From Octopus sinensis (lineage: Eukaryota), in assembly GCF_006345805.1 (NCBI RefSeq), contig NC_043001.1, forward strand, positions 59,210,001-59,274,000: a stretch of 64,000 bases of DNA, given 5' to 3'. Position numbers and translations under genes: made by a program. Positions 55,952-64,000 of the stretch are shown here, piece after piece. Position 1 is the stretch's first letter. Each line of letters begins with the position of its first letter. The notes beneath the pieces are model-generated. The model was not told the origin of the DNA. It did no database searches and saw only the letters and a list, made by a program, of their open reading frames with translations.

Positions 55952-56573
55952 CAGAAATAGATAGAAAGGAAATAAATAGCCATTAAGACTTTAAAGTCAA
56001 GGCCGTCGCTAAGCCCCTGCAACTTCTGCGGTCGCAGGGGTACTCCGCGGTTGAAGGGCTTCATGTTAAGATCAAACTACATAGATGAGCCATCTATTTA
56101 CTTTGGTTAACACGTTAAATAAAAATTTCAAGTCAGACAAGGAAAAAAATACGGGGATGTACCGTAAATAAATTTTAAATAAATGAAAAAGGTAAATGAA
56201 AAAAAGCTTGTCATCGAATTCCCTAGGGAGATAAGAGAAAGACGAAAGAAATCCCAAACAATGAAAATAAGAACAACCTCAACAGAAAAGACAAGAAAAA
56301 GAAGCAATAGTGACGAAAGGTGGGGATGTATACGTATACATACATACAGATATACACATAGGCATGCATACACATATTCATACATACACACACATATACG
56401 TCTGGCTTTTATCTCTTTCGGTCTACCAAGTCCATTCACAAGACTTTGGCCAGCGGAGAGAGGGAGAGAAAGAGAGAGAGAGAGAGAGGGAGAGAGAGAG
56501 GGAGAAAGAGAGAGAGAGAGAGAGAGTGAGAGAGAGAGAATGTACACGTCTCTTAATCTCCCTCTTTCTCTAT

Positions 56574-56614
<41 letters not shown>

Positions 56615-56906
56615 TCTATCGGAGTAATTGCGCTAAGCAGTGTTTACGTATAATCACAGTTTAGGTTAGTTATATATGTTTGTCACATATTTCAACCGCT
56701 AAAGGCAAATACACTGCAGTTACCATAGAGAAAAAATACCTCTTTTGGTAAAAAGGTGTGAAAACACACCGTTCGTTCAATGTCTCCCTCTGTCGGCTAT
56801 CTCAAACATCGACGTTTCGAATTTATTGACTCTTGTCGATGAGATATATCGAAGAGAGACAACCCTGAAGTTACTGATAAAGCTTATAGCTATATATATA
56901 ATTCAT

Positions 56907-56946
<40 letters not shown>

Positions 56947-57162
56947 TCAATATAGGGTGGCAAAAAATTTTGTAGAATTTTTTGCCACCAGCGGCCTAGT
57001 GGGAAAAATTAAATAGTCATAGACCATTTTTAAGTTCAACATCACAATCAAGGAACGGCCATAATAGGCCATTCACCCACTAGAAATAACAGCCAAAGCT
57101 TCAACCGCAAATAAACATCAATTCCGTAAACCAGGAGAAAATTAAAAAACATTTACCCTGTA

Positions 57163-57269
57163 ATTTCTTATACGATGCACCGTTTCATCTACTGTTTAAT
57201 GGTAAACTAACCTGATTAAATTAAATCAAGCCAATCTTCCATAGGCCCTTAGAATCATCAGTAAGAAAT
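57163..57269 (-). ncRNA. Type I hammerhead ribozyme motif in the inverted arm of array 1
   Basis: Reverse complement of the motif described for 57990-58096. Confidence 0.78.
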
Positions 57270-57503
57270 AGCCAAGTCGGAACAGATATTTTCACGAGGC
57301 ATTTCCGGCCATGTCCGACCCTGCCTCGGCAATATCTGACCTAAAATTTTCAAATCGTCGCACTCGCGCCAAATTTATCGGCGGCTTATATTTATTTGCT
57401 GCCGATAAATTTGGCGCGAGTGCGATGATTTGAAAATTTTAGGTCAGATATTGCCGAGGCAGGGTCGGAAATGCCTCGTGAAAATATCTGTTCCGACTTG
57501 GCT

Positions 57504-57609
57504 ATTTCTTACTGATGATTCTAAGGGCCTATGGAAGATTGGCTTGATTTAATTTAATCAGGTTAGTTTACCATTAACAGTAGATGAAACGGTGCATCGT
57601 ATAAGAAAT
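57504..57609 (+). ncRNA. Type I hammerhead ribozyme motif, array 1 unit 1 (predicted cleavage after 57601)
   Basis: ATTTCTTA-CTGATGA-tTCTA...TAGAt-GAAA-CGG tgca TCG-TA-TAAGAAAT. Confidence 0.8.
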
Positions 57610-57989
57610 TACAGGGTAAATGTTTTTTAATTTTCTTCTGGTTTACGGAATTGATGTTTATTTGCGGTTGAAGCTTTGGCTGTTATTTCTAGTGGGTGAA
57701 TGGCCTATTATGGCCGTTCCTTGATTGTGATGTTGAACTTAAAAATGGTCTATGACTATTTAATTTTTTCCCACTAGGCCGCTGGTGGCAAAAAAATTCT
57801 ACAAAATTTTTTGCCACACTATATTGATTAATTATGAATTTTCTGGTTAGTTCCGTAATGGAATCGGCGGCTTATATTTATTTGCTGCCGATAAATTTGG
57901 CGCGAGTGCGATGATTTGAAAATTTTAGGTCAGATATTGCCGAGGCAGGGTGGGAAATGCCTCGTGAAAATATCTGTTCCGACTTGGCT

Positions 57990-58096
57990 ATTTCTTACTG
58001 ATGATTCTAAGGGCCTATGGAAGATTGGCTTGATTTAATTTAATCAGGTTAGTTTACCATTAAACAGTAGATGAAACGGTGCATCGTATAAGAAAT
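57990..58096 (+). ncRNA. Type I hammerhead ribozyme motif, array 1 unit 2 (predicted cleavage after 58088)
   Basis: Stem I ATTTCTTA/TAAGAAAT (8 bp); core CUGAUGA 57998-58004; 68-nt stem II domain closed by U.U then TCTA/TAGA; GAAA 58073-58076; stem III ACGG/TCGT with TGCA loop; GUA triplet. Confidence 0.8.
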
Positions 58097-58475
58097 TACA
58101 GGGTAAATGTTTTTTAATTTTCTCCTGGTTTACGGAATTGATGTTTATTTGCGGTTGAAGCTTTGGCTGTTATTTCTAGTGGGTGAATGGCCTATTATGG
58201 CCGTTCCTGATTGTGATGTTGAACTTAAAAATGGTCTATGACTATTAATTTTTTTCCCACTAGGCCGCTGGTGGCAAAAAAATTCTACAAAATTTTTTGC
58301 CACCCTATATTGATTAATTATGAATTTTCTGGTTAGTTCCGTAATGGAATCGGCGGCTTATATTTATTTGCTGCCGATAAATTTGGCGCGAGTGCGATGA
58401 TTTGAAAATTTTATGTCAGATATTGCCGAGGCAGGGTCGGAAATGCCTCGTGAAAATATCTGTTCCGACTTGGCT

Positions 58476-59552
58476 ATTTCTTACTGATGATTCTAAGGGC
58501 CTATGGAAGATTGGCTTGATTTATTTAATCAGGTTAGTTTACCATTAAACAGTAGATGAAACGGTGCATCGTATAAGAAATTACAGGGTAAATGTTTTTT
58601 AATTTTCTCCTGGTTTACGGAATTGATGTTTATTTGCGGTTGAAGCTTTGGCTGTTATTTCTAGTGGGTGAATGGCCTATTATGGCCGTTCCTTGATTGT
58701 GATGTTGAACTTAAAAATGGTCTATGACTATTTAATTTTTTCCCACTAGGCCGCTGGTGGCAAAAAAATTCTACAAAATTTTTTGCCACCCTATATTGAT
58801 TAATTATGAATTTTCTGGTTAGTTCCGTAATGGAATCGGCGGCTTATATTTATTTGCTGCCGATAAATTTGGCGCGAGTGCGATGATTTGAAAATTTTAG
58901 GTCAGATATTGCCGAGGCAGGGTGGGAAATGCCTCGTGAAAATATCTGTTCCGACTTGGCTATTTCTTACTGATGATTCTAGGGCCTATGGAAGATTGGC
59001 TTGATTTAATTTAATCAGGTTAGTTTACCATTAAACAGTAGATGAAACGGTGCATCGTATAAGAAATTACAGGGTAAATGTTTTTTAATTTTCTCCTGGT
59101 TTACGGAATTGATGTTTATTTGCGGTTGAAGCTTTGGCTGTTATTTCTAGTGGGTGAATGGCCTATTATGGCCGTTCCTTGATTGTGATGTTGAACTTAA
59201 AAATGGTCTATGACTATTTAATTTTTTCCCACTAGGCCGCTGGTGGCAAAAAAATTCTACAAAATTTTTTGCCACCCTATATTGATTAATTATGATTTTC
59301 TGGTTAGTTCCGTAATGGAATCGGCGGCTTATATTTATTTGCTGCCGATAATTTGGCGCGAGTGCGATGATTTGAAAATTTTAGGTCAGATATTGCCGAG
59401 GCAGGGTGGGAAATGCCTCGTGAAAATATCTGTTCCGACTTGGCTATTTCTTACTGATGATTCTAAGGGCCTATGGAAGATTGGCTTGATTTAATTTAAT
59501 CAGGTTAGTTTACCATTAAACAGTAGATGAAACGGTGCATCGTATAAGAAAT
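58476..59552 (+). ncRNA. Three further hammerhead motifs in array 1 (58476-58581, 58962-59067, 59446-59552)
   Basis: Same core and stems; predicted cleavage after 58573, 59059 and 59544. Confidence 0.8.
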
Positions 59553-59671
59553 TACAGGGTAAATGTTTTTTAATTTTCTCCTGGTTTACGGAATTGATGT
59601 TTATTTGCGGTGAAGCTTTGGCTGTTATTTCTAGTGGGTGAATGGCCTATTATGGCCGTTCCTTGATTGTG

Positions 59672-59714
59672 ATATATATATATATATATATATATACACT
59701 CACACTCACACACA

Positions 59715-59761
<47 letters not shown>

Positions 59762-59788
59762 ATATATATATATATAATATATATATAT

Positions 59789-59866
<78 letters not shown>

Positions 59867-60166
59867 TAGATAAAAATTTCTGGGAAATGGACGCGTAGCA
59901 TTCAATCATATATTAATATAAATTATATGTATATGCATACATATATATATATATGCATGTATACATACATATAAGTACATTCTTACATATATATGCATAT
60001 ACACATGCATATATGGTTATAGGACGTCATAGAATGTAAGCAAAATGAAATACGAATATGAAAACATGGAATATGAACTTGTTTTGCGAACGAAAGAATC
60101 AAATGGAAAACAAGATAAGCAACATAAAGAACGACCCTTCATCAGTTGCCGGCTGTTTTATCTACT

Positions 60167-60228
<62 letters not shown>
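59672..60228. repeat. Inter-array spacer: (TA)(CACT)(CA)(TA)(GATA) microsatellites, ~300 bp unique sequence, (CA)(TA)
   Basis: Direct reading; the opening (TA)n-cactcacactcac motif recurs after array 2 at 63924-64000. Confidence 0.85.
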
Positions 60229-60234
<6 letters not shown>

Positions 60235-60450
60235 TCAATATAGGGTGGCAAAAAATTTTGTAGAATTTTTTGCCACCAGCGGCCTAGTGGGAAAAATTAA
60301 ATAGTCATAGACCATTTTTAAGTTCAACATCACAATCAAGGAACGGCCATAATAGGCCATTCACCCACTAGAAATAACAGCCAAAGCTTCAACCGCAAAT
60401 AAACATCAATTCCGTAAACCAGGAGAAAATTAAAAAACATTTACCCTGTA

Positions 60451-60557
60451 ATTTCTTATACGATGCACCGTTTCATCTACTGTTTAATGGTAAACTAACC
60501 TGATTAAATTAAATCAAGCCAATCTTCCATAGGCCCTTAGAATCATCAGTAAGAAAT
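60451..60557 (-). ncRNA. Type I hammerhead ribozyme motif in the inverted arm of array 2
   Basis: Reverse complement of the unit motif. Confidence 0.78.
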
Positions 60558-60781
60558 AGCCAAGTCGGAACAGATATTTTCACGAGGCATTTCCGACCCT
60601 GCCTCGGCAATATCTGACCTAAAATTTTCAAATCGTCGCACTCGCGCCAAATTTATCGGCGGCTTATATTTATTTGCTGCCGATAAATTTGGCGCGAGTG
60701 CGATGATTTGAAAATTTTAGGTCAGATATTGCCGAGGCAGGGTCGGAAATGCCTCGTGAAAATATCTGTTCCGACTTGGCT

Positions 60782-63700
60782 ATTTCTTACTGATGATTCT
60801 AAGGGCCTATGAAGATTGGCTTGATTTAATTTAATCAGGTTAGTTTACCATTAAACAGTAGATGAAACGGTGCATCGTATAAGAAATTACAGGGTAATGT
60901 TTTTTAATTTTCTTCTGGTTTACGGAATTGATGTTTATTTGCGGTTGAAGCTTTGGCTGTTATTTCTAGTGGGTGAATGGCCTATTATGGCCGTTCCTTG
61001 ATTGTGATGTTGAACTTAAAAATGGTCTATGACTATTTAATTTTTTCCCACTAGGCCGCTGGTGGCAAAAAAATTCTACAAAATTTTTTGCCACACTATA
61101 TTGATTAATTATGAATTTTCTGGTTAGTTCCGTAATGGAATCGGCGGCTTATATTTATTTGCTGCCGATAATTTGGCGCGAGTGCGATGATTTGAAAATT
61201 TTAGGTCAGATATTGCCGAGGCAGGGTGGGAAATGCCTCGTGAAAATATCTGTTCCGACTTGGCTATTTCTTACTGATGATTCTAAGGGCCTATGGAAGA
61301 TTGGCTTGATTTAATTTAATCAGGTTAGTTTACCATTAAACAGTAGATGAAACGGTGCATCGTATAAGAAATTACAGGGTAAATGTTTTTTAATTTTCTC
61401 CTGGTTTACGGAATTGATGTTTATTTGCGGTTGAAGCTTTGGCTGTTATTTCTAGTGGGTGAATGGCCTATTATGGCCGTTCCTTGATTGTGATGTTGAA
61501 CTTAAAAATGGTCTATGACTATTTAATTTTTTCCCACTAGGCCGCTGGTGGCAAAAAAATTCTACAAAATTTTTTGCCACCCTATATTGATTAATTATGA
61601 TTTTCTGGTTAGTTCCGTAATGGAATCGGCGGCTTATATTTATTTGCTGCCGATAAATTTGGCGCGAGTGCGATGATTTGAAAATTTTATGTCAGATATT
61701 GCCGAGGCAGGGTCGGAAATGCCTCGTGAAAATATCTGTTCCGACTTGGCTATTTCTTACTGATGATTCTAAGGGCCTATGGAAGATTGGCTTGATTTAA
61801 TTTAATCAGGTTAGTTTACCATTAAACAGTAGATGAAACGGTGCATCGTATAAGAAATTACAGGGTAAATGTTTTTTAATTTTCTCCTGGTTTACGGAAT
61901 TGATGTTTATTTGCGGTTGAAGCTTTGGCTGTTATTTCTAGTGGGTGAATGGCCTATTATGGCCGTTCCTTGATTGTGATGTTGAACTTAAAAATGGTCT
62001 ATGACTATTTAATTTTTTCCACTAGGCCGCTGGTGGCAAAAAAATTCTACAAAATTTTTTGCCACACTATATTGATTAATTATGAATTTTCTGGTTAGTT
62101 CCGTAATGGAATCGGCGGCTTATATTTATTTGCTGCCGATAAATTTGGCGCGAGTGCGATGATTTGAAAATTTTAGGTCAGATATTGCCGAGGCAGGGTG
62201 GGAAATGCTCGTGAAAATATCTGTTCCGACTTGGCTATTTCTTACTGATGATTCTAAGGGCCTATGGAAGATTGGCTTGATTTAATTTAATCAGGTTAGT
62301 TTACCATTAAACAGTAGATGAAACGGTGCATCGTATAAGAAATTACAGGGTAAATGTTTTTTAATTTTCTCCTGGTTTACGGAATTGATGTTTATTTGCG
62401 GTTGAAGCTTTGGCTGTTATTTCTAGTGGGTGAATGGCCTATTATGGCCGTTCCTTGATTGTGATGTTGAACTTAAAAATGGTCTATGACTATTTAATTT
62501 TTTCCCACTAGGCCGCTGGTGGCAAAAAAATTCTACAAAATTTTTTGCCACCCTATATTGATTAATTATGAATTTTCTGGTTAGTTCCGTAATGGAATCG
62601 GCGGCTTATATTTATTTGCTGCCGATAAATTTGGCGCGAGTGCGATGATTTGAAAATTTTATGTCAGATATTGCCGAGGCAGGGTCGGAAATGCCTCGTG
62701 AAAATATCTGTTCCGACTTGGCTATTTCTTACTGATGATTCTAAGGGCCTATGGAAGATTGGCTTGATTTAATTTAATCAGGTTAGTTTACCATTAAACA
62801 GTAGATGAAACGGTGCATCGTATAAGAAATTACAGGGTAAATGTTTTTTAATTTTCTCCTGGTTTACGGAATTGATGTTTATTTGCGGTTGAAGCTTTGG
62901 CTGTTATTTCTAGTGGGTGAATGGCCTATTATGGCCGTTCCTTGATTGTGATGTTGAACTTAAAAATGGTCTATGACTATTTAATTTTTTCCCACTAGGC
63001 CGCTGGTGGCAAAAAAATTCTACAAAATTTTTTGCCACCCTATATTGATTAATTATGAATTTTCTGGTTAGTTCCGTAATGGAATCGGCGGCTTATATTT
63101 ATTTGCTGCCGATAAATTTGGCGCGAGTGCGATGATTTGAAAATTTTAGGTCAGATATTGCCGAGGCAGGGTGGGAAATGCCTCGTGAAAATATCTGTTC
63201 CGACTTGGCTATTTCTTACTGATGATTCTAAGGGCCTATGGAAGATTGGCTTGATTTAATTTAATCAGGTTAGTTTACCATTAAACAGTAGATGAAACGG
63301 TGCATCGTATAAGAAATTACAGGGTAAATGTTTTTTAATTTTCTCCTGGTTTACGGAATTGATGTTTATTTGCGGTTGAAGCTTTGGCTGTTATTTCTAG
63401 TGGGTGAATGGCCTATTATGGCCGTTCCTTGATTGTGATGTTGAACTTAAAAATGGTCTATGACTATTTAATTTTTTCCCACTAGGCCGCTGGTGGCAAA
63501 AAAATTCTACAAAATTTTTTGCCACCCTATATTGATTAATTATGAATTTTCTGGTTAGTTCCGTAATGGAATCGGCGGCTTATATTTATTTGCTGCCGAT
63601 AAATTTGGCGCGAGTGCGATGATTTGAAAATTTTAGGTCAGATATTGCCGAGGCAGGGTGGGAAATGCCTCGTGAAAATATCTGTTCCGACTTGGCTATT

Positions 63701-63803
63701 TCTACTGATGATTCTAAGGGCCTATGGAAGATTGGCTTGATTTAATTTAATCAGGTTAGTTTACCATTAAACAGTAGATGAAACGGTGCATCGTATAAGA
63801 AAT
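60782..63803 (+). ncRNA. Seven hammerhead motifs in array 2 (starts 60782, 61266, 61752, 62237, 62724, 63211, 63698)
   Basis: Same core and stems; predicted cleavage after 60879, 61364, 61850, 62335, 62822, 63309 and 63795. The last copy has a 1-nt deletion in stem I. Confidence 0.8.
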
Positions 63804-63953
63804 TACAGGGTAATGTTTTTTAATTTTCTCCTGGTTTACGGAATTGATGTTTATTTGCGGTTGAAGCTTTGGCTGTTATTTCTAGTGGGTGAATGGCCTA
63901 TTATGGCCGTTCCTTGATTGTGATATATATATATATATATATATACACTCACA

Positions 63954-64000
<47 letters not shown>

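Larger units (their letters stand above)
56941..59671 (+). mobile_element. Hammerhead-containing ~487-bp repeat array 1 (retrozyme-like): inverted arm + 4 full units + 1 partial unit
   Basis: Unit marker cggcggcttatatt at 57379, 57865, 58351, 58837 and 59322. 56941-57378 is the reverse complement of the unit. (TA)n at both ends. Confidence 0.88.
60229..63923 (+). mobile_element. Hammerhead-containing ~487-bp repeat array 2 (retrozyme-like): inverted arm + 6 full units + 1 partial unit
   Basis: Unit marker at 60657, 61142, 61627, 62113, 62599, 63086 and 63573. Start and end points are the same as in array 1. Confidence 0.88.

Noticed and set aside
56941-57378. Second, antisense ribozyme in the monomer (ambisense viroid-like or Obelisk-like replicon)
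   Set aside because: Reading the opposite strand of the unit shows no CUGANGA core; only one polarity carries a hammerhead. Other ribozyme classes were not excluded computationally.
59243-59494. 83-aa and 67-aa ORFs within the 487-bp unit (also 61111-61314)
   Set aside because: Open only in units carrying 1-nt deletions; not conserved across identical-origin units, so the monomer is treated as non-coding.
57379-63923. CRISPR array or bacterial contamination
   Set aside because: Units are contiguous ~487-bp near-identical repeats with no unique spacers and no cas genes, and the context is eukaryotic repeats.

Overview
Repeat-dense, AT-rich animal genomic DNA. The microsatellite density and tRNA-derived SINE families are most consistent with a cephalopod (octopus) genome; this is inference. 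No intact host gene is visible, only four candidate minus-strand micro-exons. The window holds an RTE-clade LINE fragment, a CR1-like LINE 3' fragment with a TSD, a near-full-length R4/Dong-like RLE retrotransposon plus two 3' stubs in (TAA)n-type repeats, two decayed mariners with TIRs, three non-autonomous Helitron-like elements and several SINEs. It also holds a ~6.2 kb Tx1/L1-clade retrotransposon in (GATA)n whose ORF1 and ORF2 are broken only by three single-base deletions in repeat runs. The most striking feature is at 56.9-63.9 kb: two arrays of a ~487-bp unit, each array starting with an inverted arm. Every copy of the unit (14 in total) carries a type I hammerhead ribozyme motif with a complete catalytic core (CUGAUGA...GAAAC...GUA), an 8-bp stem I and a palindromic stem III loop. 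This is the architecture of a retrozyme-like or Penelope-parasitic circular-RNA element. Ribozyme activity and all mechanisms proposed are untested inference.
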